A stretch of 64,000 nt of DNA, taken from NCBI RefSeq assembly GCF_964355755.1, contig NC_092678.1, forward strand, positions 18,059,365-18,123,364. The letters are read 5' to 3'. Both the position numbers and the translations under genes were made by a program. Below are positions 14,001 through 27,500 of this stretch, piece by piece. The notes beneath the pieces are model-generated. The model was not told where the DNA came from, searched no databases, and worked only from the letters and a program-made list of their open reading frames with translations. The stretch is from Antedon mediterranea (Eukaryota > Animalia > Echinodermata). Positions within the stretch are counted from its first letter, which is position 1; every line of letters starts with the position of its first letter.

Positions 14001-15372
14001 AACGTTATAATGTGTATTCATCAAATGCACCACGCCGGGAACCAGAATGGCTGGTTATCATATTTTTAGTCGACTCGACTTTGTTTCAAAGACCTTCTTA
14101 AATGTTAATATGTTTTGCTTTACTAAAAATAAAATCGTTTTTTTATTTTGTTGCAAAATTATTACATTATTACCAAAAATAAAATCCAACAGTACAGGTG
14201 TATAAAGTTCAAATTTGCATCGCGTACCACCCGACTGTCAATAGTCAGTTAATGTCTACCTAGTGACAGCTGCATATTCAAAGGTGGCAATACGAATAAA
14301 TACGTTTTACGACCTAATTATTCTTGATATTACCAGTAGAAACATACAAAGAACATAACAAAATGGTACAGAACAAAAATAGTGATAAAACTAATTTATA
14401 AAATGTGACACGTGATAAGAATAACTTTGCTTTTCGTATCAATTCTTCATTTTGAAAATCATAACATTCGTTTAGCAAGGTCAAATCTGCTTTCAATTTG
14501 ATCACGTAATCATAAATATACATCAAGCATTAAGACATTTTTTAAAAATATGTGATGAATTCTATTTTAATAAAACATCATTAAAATGAAAAGAGCGTTA
14601 AATAATAAAACATAAATTAATTATAAATTGAAAGATGTGTTGCATTTTAACTCATTATCCATTGTACGTGACGCTCCAGTGGTGCACGGATAGTGTGATT
14701 AATCGCAACTTACAGTACTATCCAGAAAACCACCTCTACTCTTGTCCACAGAACATATTCGGAAAAAGCGTGTGTCAATTATTCCGCGAGAGGTCCACAG
14801 CATAGCTTTTTAGCAGCTACTTCCTGTTAAAAGTCGGAACTCGCGGTACAGCGCGGTCGTCGAAAATGTGTTTAAAGGTGTGAGTGAATGAGCTGTCCTT
14901 TATCGTTACCTAATTACCCGCGTTTTGTCCGAATTTGGAAAAACTGCTGGGGTTTGGTAGATGTTTTTTTTTTATGGATGGCACTTTACACAAGCAGCAT
15001 ATTTTTATTTTAGTGTTATATGATTTTAAAATTGGGGAAGAGATTCAATATTATAAATATAAATAAAATTGTGCTTTACAAGTGATTGTGGATTCATTTT
15101 TTTTTTATTTATTTAAATATAATACTTGATGCAAATTTGTAAGAAGAAACTAAATTGTATACGATACCACTGTGACTATTAAGTTTCGTTCTCGCTTCGT
15201 AAAATAACAGAAATTCAATATACATTGATTTCTTTCGAATTTAAAACAATTCGATGACTCACAATTTTAACAAGGAAATAAAAATGTGATAATGCAGCGT
15301 TTCATAGAATAGGGAAAATAATGTGATATTGATATAGTAGGATCTAAATCTCTAGATTAAATCTTTTAAATA

Positions 15373-15476
15373 AACAAGGCCATATACATGGCTGCAGTAG
15401 AGTGCTCAAATTTGAGTTAGCGTTTACCGACCGACCGGCCGACCAACCCACCGACATAGTGAGCTGTAGAGTCGCG
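15373..15476 (-). mobile_element. Short Helentron-type element (HINE/DINE-1-like), truncated
   Basis: AACAAGGCCATATACATGGC hairpin end, (CCGA/CCAA)n microsatellite and CATAGTGAGCTGTAGAGTCGCG. Same family as 35849-35963. Confidence 0.8.
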
Positions 15477-16544
15477 ATCTTATGTCTTTAGAAAAATAAA
15501 TCAGACCTTGTGTATGGACAATAAGTTAGGCATATGTCTTTTTATTTTGCAATACGTAACACAACTAGACCTATACATTTATCTATGTAAATCCTGGTTT
15601 CTACGAAAGCCTTGTTCCGAGTATGAAGTAACACAATGACGTACGCACAATGCAAGTGATTTAACCAATCACAAGCAACATATCATCCGACTTGTCGCTT
15701 ATGATGGGCTAGGGATAACAAGGTACTCAATACACATAGACTTGTATCTAAATGACTGTCAATATACAGTTAACATCTACCTAATGACAGCTGCAGAATC
15801 GGGTGTAAAACTACGCGTCAACTACTCCAATATTAAAGATATTTTGATGCAAATCCTTTAACTATTAGTAACATGTAGGATGAGATGTCATTAACTTCAA
15901 AGTTAGTTTTCTGTCAGTCTTAGAAAAGACGAGATTACATTTGAAATCGAAGAGATCAAAATATATGCCTTGGTAATCTTTTAAAAAGGACTTTTTCAAA
16001 TACGCATTAATATCAACTTTTATTTGATGACGAGGATACTTTGTAAGATGTAGGTCTATTATTGTCCGAGATCGTTGACAATAATTTGTTCACAAAGCAT
16101 AATAAAACTGCGATGTAGAACGCTTGTCCTTTCGCGCCGTTTCTCAATTTTTCGCGCCGTTTCTCAATTTCTCGAATATTTACTAACGTCTTGCAAACGG
16201 GGTTGTCGAGTGTGTTGCAATATGCAATTGTAATCTCAAATTACTAATAACTTTATCGCTGTACTAATGTTTAAACATTTAAAATTGCTACGCGTAATTA
16301 ACATCAAATATTTTTTTTTTTAACCAAAAGCAAATCGGATTATTAGATTTGCACGAAGCTGTAACAATTTGCACGAAATAGCATGAAGATAATTTCGGTT
16401 TTGCATACAATTGTTTAAACTGAATTGGTTCATATAACGTTCTATTTTATAGTATTATGTTTGGTAGATTGTTTAGATTTTTTTTCAATATCAATATAAA
16501 AAAAAACAAAGTACAGATTACCTTTTTTAAATAATATATAGGCC

Positions 16545-16900
16545 TAATAAATGAGAAAACAGGTACCCCACTAGCTGGAAGCTTGAACTTTAAAAATGTG
16601 GGGTCCAAGCAACATATTTAATGTAAGGTAAGAAACATGTAAAAAACAATATGATAATAATGAACAAAAAAGACATTTACCTTAACGAATGCAGTTATAA
16701 TTTAACATAAAACAGATATATTATTAACTTAAACAATAATAGTAGAAACAAGGTATTCATGTAATTTAAAACTTAAAACAAGATATAAAATTAATAATTT
16801 TGAGTTCTTCTGGTAGAGAATTCCATATCTTGGGTCTTATTGTCTGTTTGAATAAGTCACCCCTAAATGACATACATTGCAAACTTTCTATCTGGTTTGA
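16545..16900 (-). mobile_element. CR1/L2-group LINE 3' remnant
   Basis: The minus strand at ~16770-16870 reads FRGDLFKQTIRPKIWNSLPEELKIINFISCFK, matching the typical 'WNSLP...FK' end of CR1/L2-group ORF2. An AT-rich 3'-UTR-like stretch follows. Confidence 0.6.
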
Positions 16901-17189
16901 CACCTCACTACATTAGGCCTACGCTGTTTTGACACTTCATTATAATGTGTTTCTTACGACTTTTAGCACAGTATTTCAACGTAAATTCACAATATCGGTT
17001 GTTGTATTCTTCGACACTATGGACTTTAAGATTTGAATTAACGTGACCGAAGTCCACGTACACATTGGTCGTAATCGACTGTTTTTCGTCGACAGATATA
17101 TGAACGTTGTAGATTAAGTGGACGTTTACGTTCATGTTCCAGTAAACGTATGACATAATGTCCTTGAGATTATCTGACCTTGTAATATC

Positions 17190-17410
17190 TAATAGCGCTC
17201 GTCCGTGCAGCTATTCGACACTATTGCATTGTCGTAGACTACACTATGCGCTGTAGTCTTCAACACTATTGCATTGTCGTAGACTGTACAATGTCGCTGG
17301 TCTTCGACATAGTGTTGCATTGTAGACTGCATTGTTGTTGCTATCTACATTTGTCGTGTACTAAAATATAGACGTGCAATAGTCTTCGTCACTATCGCAT
17401 TGGTTGACTA
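17190..17410. repeat. Degenerate short tandem repeat (~43 bp spacing)
   Basis: Variants of TTCGACACTATTGCATTGTCGTAGACT recur at ~17214, 17259, 17303 and 17385. Confidence 0.6.
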
Positions 17411-17450
17411 AAATGTCATTTTGCCATTATAGTCAACATAGCCCGACTAA

Positions 17451-17641
17451 AGGGCCTTTCACACCTGTTCCGGCATGGTTCCGGTCCGGCGAATCGAACG
17501 CCAATGTTTCGTTTTCACGACGCTCCACGCGGCCAAGCACCAATTGATATGCGCGTAGCCGCGTAAAAATGAAACATTGACGTTCGATTGGATTTGCCGT
17601 CGCCGGACCGGAATCGTACCGGAACAGGTGTGAAAGACCCT
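17451..17641. mobile_element. MITE family C (PIF/Harbinger-like), 191 bp palindrome
   Basis: TIRs AGGGCCTTTCACACCTGTTCCGG / CCGGAACAGGTGTGAAAGACCCT with a perfect TAA...TAA target duplication. Inverted symmetry extends through most of the element. Confidence 0.9.
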
Positions 17642-18394
17642 TAAGCGTTGTGTCTGCGAAGATGCGATAGTACCACCAAAGACTAGAGTGACACTGCCGT
17701 CTACGAAATGCGATAGAAAAAATAGATACATATTTTTAACGCGTGATAAAGTATTCACTATACAATTAGGAAGTGTGGTCTGCATATTTTTGCTGAATGT
17801 TTATATTGTATCATTCATTCATCCATGCGTTTTATTTCACAATGCATCACACTTGATAAGTTATTACAGAATAATTCAAAGTATTAAATAAAAGATGAAA
17901 AGCCTGGAAAGGACCAAATAAGCTCTAGAGAGCTTTAAGCCATTCTACACATATTTGTATCTAAAATAACTAATAGGCATTCATGATTTATATAATTGTA
18001 TAACATAATTTCCATAAATCTGCTAAATAAACAATAATGCGATTCTTCGGCTACTCGGTACTCTATGAAATGTAACTATTTATTATTACTATTTTTGCGG
18101 TAGATCATTTCCAGTTTCTTAACTTTGCATTAAATCAATCTATTCATTAAATGATAATATGTGGAACTATGGTTTAAACTTTGGTAAGAGAGCTAATACT
18201 GATAATCATTCACAGTAGTTAAAAGCTTTTTAATAGAGAAGAAACGCGACAATTTCCAATTCTCTTCATTTCGGTTAAATATGAATATTTTGAATATTTT
18301 GTGATCGTAGAACATAATGGGAATTCTGTGCGTAGGAAAGGGCAGTTATCAGAGAATTACCGTCGTAAGATTGGCTGACTGTGGGGCCTACTTT

Positions 18395-18482
18395 AACAAG
18401 GTCATATACATGGCTACAGTCGCGTGCTCAAGTTAGTGTTTACCGACCGACCGACAAACCGACCAAAATAGTGAGCTGTAGA
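18395..18482 (-). mobile_element. Short HINE-like element, truncated
   Basis: AACAAGGTCATATACATGGCTACAGTCGCGTGCTCAAGTTAGTGTTTACCGACCGACC...TAGTGAGCTGTAGA. Confidence 0.8.
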
Positions 18483-18674
18483 TAAAAGATACAAATTCAT
18501 AATAATTAAATACTGATTGAACTTTGAAAGTTATTAAATGGCATAGCAAATGGGAATAAAATTCTAAAAACAAATTTAGCCTAATTTTTCTAACATGGAA
18601 TTGAGGACTAAAACACTTAGACCGTAGTCTGTGAATTGATATTTACTTTTTGAATCGTCTGACCAGTTGACATT

Positions 18675-19323
18675 ACCGACGTCAACCAACATTTGCGACT
18701 AATTATGCACCAACAATATTGTAACATTTCAATTGTCTGCTTCGCTACGTCAACCCACATTTGCAACTAATAGTGCGCCAAAATATTGTAACATTTCAAT
18801 TGTCTGCTTTGCTACGTCAACTCACATTTGCGATTACTAATTGTGCGCCAAAATATTGTAACATTTCAATTGGAGTGGAGTGGTGGCCTGGTGGTTATGA
18901 TGATTGGCTACCACTCCAAGGGTCCTGGGTTCAAGTCCCGTCACATGTCAGGATTTTTTCTTAGGACCAAATTACTCCACTCTCAAAGACTTGTAATAAG
19001 ACTTTGTTTATGTAGAGCATCTTGTGTATATGTTTGTCTTGTGAACCTCTGAGGGTCCCTAATGATCAGCAATAGCTGGATGGATCACGCTCATTAAATA
19101 TGGTTTAAAAAAAAAATTGTCTGCTTCGCTACGTCAACCCACATTTGCGATTACTATGTGCGCCAAAATATTGTAACATTTCAATTGTCTGCTTCGCTAC
19201 GTCAACCCACATTTGCGATTACTAATTGTGGGCCAAAATATTGTAACATTTCAATTGTCTGCTTCGCTACGTCAACCCACATTTGCGATTACTAATTGTG
19301 CGCCAAAAATATTGTAACATTTC
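18675..19323. repeat. Tandem repeat, ~67-70 bp unit, ~6 copies, interrupted by a SINE
   Basis: Unit AATTGTCTGCTTCGCTACGTCAACCCACATTTGCGATTACTAATTGTGCGCCAAAATATTGTAACATTTC at 18731, 18798, 19115, 19183 and 19253. Confidence 0.93.
18872..19114 (+). mobile_element. tRNA-derived SINE (family 1), full length
   Basis: Pol III A box TGGCCTGGTGG, B box GGTTCAAGTCC, an anticodon-arm-like TTGG-CTACCACT-CCAA, a 3' stem-loop and an A tail. AATT(G) is duplicated at both ends. Homologues lie at 49723 and 55996. Confidence 0.9.
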
Positions 19324-20793
19324 TATTTTTCTGGCATCTGTGCAGACTACGTGCTGCACTAAATGAGAAATCTCCAGAGAAAACAATGCTGAGTTAATGA
19401 AACTGTTGTACAACGTTGCTGTTGTGTGTCTAATTGTGTAATGCCACTGTGTAAATGCACTTATCGTGCATCGTACCACAGTGACAAGGACATGTTCGTT
19501 ATTAAATTGATGTACGTATAGCCATTACCCTTAATGTTCTATGTAGAAAATATGGAACAAACAAGGCTAAAGCTCGTATATACAACCTTGTTGAATACAT
19601 TATAACTATAACGTAGTTATAAATAGCCACGTAATTTAAACGGCTCGTATGTAGTGTATAAACATAAATCTCCGAGAATATCAATAATATTATTTTATTG
19701 ATGTTAAACTTTAACTTGCCGGTAGGCAAAACAATGAATCGGATGAAAACTATTAGTCTTAGGATTAATAGGGTAAACTGTCTAATTAAAAAAAATAAAA
19801 TGTTTTATTTTAAGGACAAAGTTTTTATTTGGTACTAATCCTGGGTTAATCAAATCACCAAGATGTGATTATACAAGATGCCTTCGGCGTATATCACTGT
19901 TTTTGATTAAATGATGAATTAAGAATAATTATATTATATAATAGAGAGGTATCGTGACCTCGCAACCTGTGTATGCAATGTCTTTAAAAAAAATGTTCTG
20001 TTGGTTGTTTTATGAACATAATAACATGATAATATACTCATGAAGGAGCATCCAATTTCTATACATTATGATCTACTGTTAAATATGTAACTTATAGGAA
20101 AAAATATGATAGGAATGATGCAGCAACGCCCAGCAATATGACTCGAAAAAAAAATCTCCCGATATGTATACATTTATAATTTATATTACTCTAGATATAA
20201 TATAATAGAAAACATACTGATAATGTAGCCTATGTAATGCAGTAAGTTGTTTATAACTCGTGCATTGTGTTATAAGTGAAATAATAAGCATGTTCGCACT
20301 TTGCACTCATGACATACTCATTTTATAGTATATATTTACAGTATCTTTAAGTTTTTCATAGCGCCCTCTATGGTTTTATATATTATTATAGCGGCCTCTA
20401 TAGTTTTATAAAACCAAAGTTAGAAAGTCTGCACTGCTCCAATGTGTTTAAAGTCGTAATATTTGTGCTAATCGCGATGTTTGAGGCCTCTGCATAAACA
20501 ATAACCTAACTTATGTAATAACTACTACAGTGTCTATCATCTGTACGAATTAGGCCTACCGGTCTTTCTAGCCGAAATATAATTGTAGGCCTATTACAAA
20601 CCAAAAATAGCCTTGTGGTCGTAGTGTTTATTTAGTTTGGTAAAATGTAATTTTGTCAGAAAATAATGCTTTTTACCACTACACAAAAAATAGAAAGAAA
20701 AATGCGGTAAGGATGTGTCATCAAGATAAAAAATAAAAGGGGGAAACGCAGACTTACACTAACAATACAATGCGTTTATTTTTATTTGTGTAG

Positions 20794-20831
20794 ATTCCTT
20801 ATATACAACAATAGCAACAGGTGTTTACAAG
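20794..20831 (+). other. Candidate 38-nt exon
   Basis: Acceptor TTTATTTTTATTTGTGTAG| and consensus donor AAG|GTGAGT. Too short to assign a product. Confidence 0.35.
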
Positions 20832-23118
20832 GTGAGTAAACTTGGCTGAGGGATTAATACAACCACTATAATTAACCATGATTAAACAGCATGAGTCATC
20901 GGACAAGCCCTACAACAAAGCTATATATTATTGTGCGGAGTTTAATTAACATTTCAATTATGTAAATGATTATTCAATCGTCTGCTTCTTAAGTGGACCA
21001 AGCAGACAACAATATATTGTTATGAACTGATTTATACATGCCGGTGTCACCATCGATGTTTTAACTAATCCCCGAGCAAAAATAAAGTTGAATTATAATA
21101 ATTGTGTACATTTCAAACAGAACTTCATCTCTGTAGATATATTTTTCATTACGGCGTGTAATATTATACTATAATGTTGTAGGCGGTAGTGCTGAAGCTA
21201 CAGTTCGTTCGTTCTATTTCATATTGCATCACGCTTGATAATTTGTTACCGAAATTAAAGATTCAAAGCCCGGAAAAGACCAGTAGTTTACTACAATATA
21301 ATTTTGATTTTGGTCCTCCTTTTCTACAATGTTGTCTTTATTTGATGTTTTATTTTCTGATCAAACATTATACACACGGCGTGACACTGAGGGACATCCC
21401 AGAATCTAACTAGAGGAAGTTGCAACTCCTCTTGATATCTTATAAATTTTACCAAACTCCTAGTTTCCACTAATTGAAGAAGTTGCCTGTCTGAAATGTT
21501 ACTATAGGCTTGTCATCTATCCATCTGCAGGATCACGTGACTACAAAGAAAGTTTTCTATTCGCTGAGTTCACATACTCTAAACAGACTACAGTTGGTTG
21601 TCATAGAGGGCAGAGCTAACTTCTGCTTTAATCAAACACACGTTTTCTGCCGATGTTATAAACGGGTCTAGTCTGCAGTGGCAACAGTTGGAAAGCTTTT
21701 CTTGCTAAACTCGAATTTTACTCGAGTTTTCAAACTTGCAAGTTGCTAGTTTGTGTTTATGTAGACTAGGCTAAATATCGGTACACACTGCGTAAGAAAC
21801 TAAAACATGTTGCGCTACAATGTCAGACTAAAGATGAAATGAAGGAAGTACCAGTGAAAAAACCTAGGCCGATTGATTACTCATCAGTATTTATTTTTTA
21901 CTGACATTTCCTTTAAATACTTTCTATGCTTTCGAAATCGAATGTATTTCAAGATTTCATTGTACACACAGGCCTAGATATTATTGAAGCAGATGTGCAT
22001 TTTCTTATCAAAATAAATGAATGTCCTACAACTACAAGACTGTCCACCTGAAGACAGATCACCGCTGAGCAGAAAGTCAATTTCCCGTGCCATAACAATC
22101 AAACATAAAACACAAACAACTGTTTAAGTGTTGCGTCTATATATCTTACACATACATTTAAATTGCGTATAACCCGCTGATCAAATCCTGTTATATTACT
22201 TCTTTCTTTATATGATTAATGGCGACGATGTGGAAAATGATTTTCATAAAATGAAGTAGGCCTATGACTTTTGAAGATTAAAACCAAATTTGCTGAATGT
22301 AATTGAGAAGCTTAATTCTAGAGAATCTCAGATATTTAATTTCATTTTTTCAACGCTTTGCGGACATGCTCACTGATGCGTTTACCTGTTGAAAAATGAA
22401 CACATTTACGTATTAATACTATTATTAGGTGATGCATCATAAATGCTTTATAAACGTGTGTAATGCCCCATACAGTGTTTTCTGTAATTCTAATTTCACG
22501 ATGACAAAGAAAGCAGTGGATATTTTTATGAAACAGTTCTAGATCACATAAGCCTTTAGTAACAATCTATCGCTCATCCTCTTTTCTTCTTTTGGCATCT
22601 CCATCATTCATCTCCTTTCTGATTTCAATATCTTACTGAAAGGTTTGCTATTGAGGATTTGCAAGCAGAAGAGTGACATAACGCAGTAGTAAAGAGATAT
22701 CGTACACGCATGTCAGAGAGGCAAGATACTTTACTCTAATTACGTCGTATTTGACATGGCTTAAAGTCATTTGTTTGTCCCTTGTACATACGGTAAAATG
22801 CAGTTAGAAAACTTGAAATTGGAGATATTTTCTCGGTGCCCTAATCGCGGTAGGTGATGGCGCTAGTTACATTCCGTTATGCCTGAGTAATTAAAGAATA
22901 ACGTAATGCACAAACGAGAATACATAGAAATAATTGTTGTAGGCCTGTGTATACAACGTCACGCTATTGTAACAAGCCATTGAAGTTGTAAATAATATAA
23001 CGTATGAATAATTTTCCGTTTCATTTTGTCTAGGGCCTAGGCTATGTGTAGACCTAACCTTACTAATCCTGCCATTATAATATTAACTATTAGCACGTTT
23101 TGCGTTCCATACTTTAAT

Positions 23119-23304
23119 TGGCCGAGTGGACCGATTATTCTTTGGCCGAGTTGACTTTAGGCCGATATGACGTGAGGTCGAGTTGATTGAGGTCGAGTTG
23201 ATTGAGGTCGAGTTGATTGAGGTCGACTTGACTTTGGGCCGTCTTGATTTGGGGCCGACTTGACTTTTAGCCGAGATAGTTTAGGGCCGAGTTGACCTGC
23301 ACCC
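23119..23304. repeat. Array of GGCCGAGTTGAC-like ~13-16 bp subrepeats; probable orphan arm of a foldback/MULE-like DNA element
   Basis: About 11 subrepeats end in GGGCCGAGTTGACCTGCACCC. No inverted partner was seen in the window. Confidence 0.6.
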
Positions 23305-24379
23305 GCTTTTGTCGTTGTTGTGTACTTGTCGGCAGAAGATTATTTACCGACATAATAGTACGATCGTGGTCCGTATCCATTTTTTAAAATTCCCAGCCTA
23401 ATTGTAAATGAACATCTTTAGGCCTAACTATAATGGATAATTACAACATCTGTGTGTGTGTGTGATCAAAACAAAACTAATGAAGATTAGATTATGTAAT
23501 GTCATTGTGTAAACACCAGGCTTGCACATCTCGCGCAGATGGCATGAAATAAACGTAGCGTATCATCATACCAATTTAGAACTATAAATATTTCGGGATA
23601 ATTTCAAAAATAACTTTAAAAACCCCCACAGAGTAAAAAGAGTAAAACAAAAAAATCGTTGATGCAATGCGATGAATCATTGATTGTGTATGACGATGTG
23701 CTGTATCACGTAGTATTATCTCTTTTTAAATTCTCTTCAAATTATGAAATTGTAAGTGTGCTCATTTTCAGTCACGTTGAATTGGTCTCATGGGACATTG
23801 GCGCGAAGTGTAGATGGGTGCTCTAATACACATTACGTCTGCTTTGTTTGTGGACACGGTGTTAAAAAGTAGGCCTAATAAGAAGATTACATACGCATAT
23901 TTAGAAGCTTTCGATTGGCGACGAAAGACGGCTAAACTACGTCATGTTAATGCAGTGTGCGCGCGCATACGGAGCTCCCCACCTCGACACAGGTTTGGTG
24001 GTGTTTAAGTCAATGCTACGACCGACGACACATCGATTGGCCTAGGTAGGTCACCTGTCGTCGCCTGGACCAAGAATCTGCCCAAATTGCATCGGTAACA
24101 TTATGTATTTATTATTATGGATACCGCCCCTCTGAATAAAAACAACAAAAATAGTGATTATTGTAATCACGTTACATTTTAATGACGATATTTTTAATTT
24201 GAAATATCGCAATTAAAACAAATGTTTTTAGAATGTACATCAGCGTCATCATTATTTAATATATGTTTGTATTGTGATATACTGTGTTTTGATTGGACAA
24301 TAGTAGCAGACGACTAGTCTACATTTTACCTACGTAACAATGAAAGTGTTCTTATTATTAATGTGTACGTGTAGCCATG

Positions 24380-24860
24380 TCTCAGCATGTTTGCTTTGTA
24401 TTATATCTTTCTATTTTTAAATAAAGTTTAATAACATTTTTTAACGTTGTAATATTTGAATGATTTACATTTTTGACCCGTTCTGGTGAATACCAAAATA
24501 AAATAAAAAGTTGTGATATACTGTCTCAGCATGGTTGCTTTGGATTTTATCTTTCTATTTTTAAATAAATTTTAATAACATTTTTTAACGTTGTAATATT
24601 TGAATGCTTTACCTTTTTTACCCGTTCTGGTGAATAACGTCAATAAAAATAAGATATTTAGGAATGCTCTTTATTGTATAAATAGAATCTGGGTATGGTG
24701 TATTGTGCTGGGATTAAAACTTCATGTCGTCGTGTTTCTGAACATTTTTAAGGTTGTAATATTTGAATGATTTACATTTTTTACCCGTTCTGGTGAATAA
24801 CCACAATATAAATAAGATATTTAAGAATGTTCTTTATTGTATAAATACAGTCTTGGGTAT
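24380..24860. repeat. Degenerate tandem triplication (~145-160 bp)
   Basis: TTTTAACGTTGTAATATTTGAATGATTTACATTTTTGACCCGTTCTGGTGAATA recurs at ~24438, 24583 and 24745. Confidence 0.8.
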
Positions 24861-27147
24861 GATATTTGCCTACTATAAACACGCACGATTTTTGCCTAGA
24901 TTAAAACATCATGTCTTCATGTCACTCTAGACTTCAATTATTCCTTACCTTCAAAATCTAATGTATTTTTTTGTTACTATAAATATTCATTGGAATTGGA
25001 ATACAAAATTGATTACAAGCAAAATATTAATCCACTACACAGTATTTTCATCTTTCATCTCATCAAATTATTTGTACCATTGCACTGATAAACATTCATT
25101 ATTTTTATATTATATGCCCGTCAACTACAATACCAAATTGTTCATCTTTCATCTCTTGAAATTATTTGTACCATTGCACTGATAAATATTTATTATTTTT
25201 TTTTATTATAAGCCCGTCAATCATACTGTAAGCGACATAACTTAAACGCGTCGACTACAATACTAACCACACTGTTCTAATCAACTTACACGTGACATAA
25301 TTTAAGTTATTTATTATATATAATTTATTATATCATCAGAATCCTTTAAATCCAATTGTCAAATTCTCTATTTTCTTTCAAGCTATGCTTTGTGTCGTAT
25401 CGTAGATTCATCACATTCGCTTGTCGCTTCAAGGCATGTAGAACCTAGGCTCCTGAAGATCTCAATTAACTTGAAGATCAACTTGTCATTTGTTTAAGCG
25501 AGGATAATAACAACTATTTGAATAATATAATTCCAATTGGATATTTCAACCAAACCGTGTTTATTTCTGTTAATGTAAAATATAAATATTTAATTTTATG
25601 TGATTTTAAATTTAATTCACACATCATAAATTGTGTTAATCTTATGTTAACATTTTGGAATACTACTGACTGTACCTTTCTTTCCTTTTTTACTTTCTAT
25701 TCCATTCACACAATTATAAAAATACATAAATAATAATAGTACAAAACAAATTATCACAAATCTAAAAATCAATAAATATATGAATCTACCTTAAAGGATG
25801 TCTATCAATCGATCAATCAATCAATTAATCGATCTAGATTGGCAACAAGTTAATAAATTAACAATCAACAACCGATGTATTTCGTTCGATAAAACATTTT
25901 GATTAATCAATCATTCGATAAAGGCTATCGATCAGAAGATACAATCAAAGATATCAATCTAACATGTCAATCAATTAATCGACGATCAAGGTTGCCAATC
26001 AATAAAGTATTGCAAAATCTTTACAAATGTCATATCTAATTAAGCTTCTGTCTTCGTGAACAATTTGATCACATTAAATTGCACTCGTAATCAACTATTC
26101 AGCCCCTAATTTTAACTAAATTCCTCAAACCATTCATTGAAATTGTTTTATATTTTATTAATACAAATAAGCACGTTTACAATGCAAGATCTGGTGAAAT
26201 ATGAACTGGGTTGCATAAAGATTACATTAAAGAAAATCTATAAGGCAAATTTTTATTTCATACTTTGACGCTCGTTGTGGCTATATAGAAATCAATTCAA
26301 ATTGATTTTATAGAAATTAATAAAAATCCAAAACTATTAATTGTATATAACTGTCAAACGTTGACACTTTCCTTTGCTGTGTGATCAATACAGTTCGATT
26401 TCAATAGCGATCCTTCGCTGATCAATTAGTCGAGGCTGCCGAAGGGAATGAGCATCGGTACAAATAAGATAATAATAGAACCACTGTTATCTACTAAAAA
26501 GAAACTATTTTGAAATATTTAGTTCATAATCGATCTAACATGTTTAGAGAAAATGAAAACTGAACAAGAAAATCACCTACAGTAGTATACACGATCGCGA
26601 TTTTTTTTTCTCAAAGACATTCTCTGAACAACTGACAAGATAGCTGATATTTACTAAATTTAAGTGAACCTAACCCTATATACTAAATAATCTGTCTTTC
26701 TAGTGAGATATCCAATCCATGATCAAAAGGTTTCGAAATAAGGGCTCAATTTGTATTTCCAAATGATACCGTACTACAAGTTCTCCAGTATTATCATAAG
26801 CAAAAATCATGAGAATCGTTGTAATGGAAGGGATAGAGGCGCATGAATAATACATAATAACACTATATTTTTAATAATAATTGAGAAAGAAATTTAAAAT
26901 TCATAATTTGCATATTTTTTTATTTTTATTTCTGGTTTTATTCATTCTACTCCTTGCAATATATAACATTAAATTGAGAGTAAATTACATATACAAATTG
27001 TACAATAATAAAGAAAAAACAGTTAATCCACAAAGAGTAAGTTGGATTTCAAAACGTACGTAATTATAAGATAATATAATTTGTTTTTTCATAACAAAGT
27101 TAGGTTTCCTGATGCTTAGAAAAACTAATGTACAGTGCATTTGACAT

Positions 27148-27500
27148 ACAACGACCGAGCGGTTCAGGCAGGGGCGCCGTTTACCGTACTTAAAGAGCCA
27201 ACAACATCGGCAAGGGTTCGAGGCCGACTCTCTCCTAGTTCTGGTGGTGGAACAAGTCTTCTCGGATAAGGACTATAAACCGTAGGTCCAGTGTACACAG
27301 TTATAACCTGTGTGCACTTTAAAGAACCCAGTTCATTATTCGAAAAGAGTAGGGGGTTACCCCGGTGAACTGGTTCAGAAAATATCCCCTGGCTGTATCA
27401 GGGGGATTACCACCTATCTGATAGGACAGTGATTAATTCACTATTGATAATCCTTGGCCACATTGCCTAAAGACATAAATAAAATGAATACATAAATAAA
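27148..27500 (+). mobile_element. tRNA-derived SINE with Deu/Nin domain (DeuSINE-like, family 2)
   Basis: A-box-like CGACCGAGCGG (~27152) and B box GGTTCGAGGCC (~27215). The central CTTCTCGGATAAGGACTATAAACCGTAGGTCC...TAAAGAACCCAG...TATTCGAAAAGAGTAGGGGGTTACCCGGTG matches my recollection of the Deu/Nin domain. The tail is ATAA-rich. Confidence 0.8.

Noticed and set aside
17312-17336. miR-33-like sequence TGCATTGTAGACTGCATTG
   Set aside because: It is part of a local degenerate tandem repeat, mismatches the mature miRNA, and has no clear precursor hairpin.
17459-17785. 108-aa minus-strand ORF
   Set aside because: It mostly overlaps the palindromic MITE-C and has no recognisable protein features.
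18872-18950. Functional tRNA gene (also at 49723 and 55996)
   Set aside because: The acceptor stem and anticodon loop are imperfect, and each copy continues into a shared body and tail, so these are SINE heads.
20359-20402. CTCF-like sites (AGCGCCCTCTA, duplicated; similar at ~5320 and ~45980)
   Set aside because: Only partial consensus matches that cannot be supported without a PWM scan or ChIP data.
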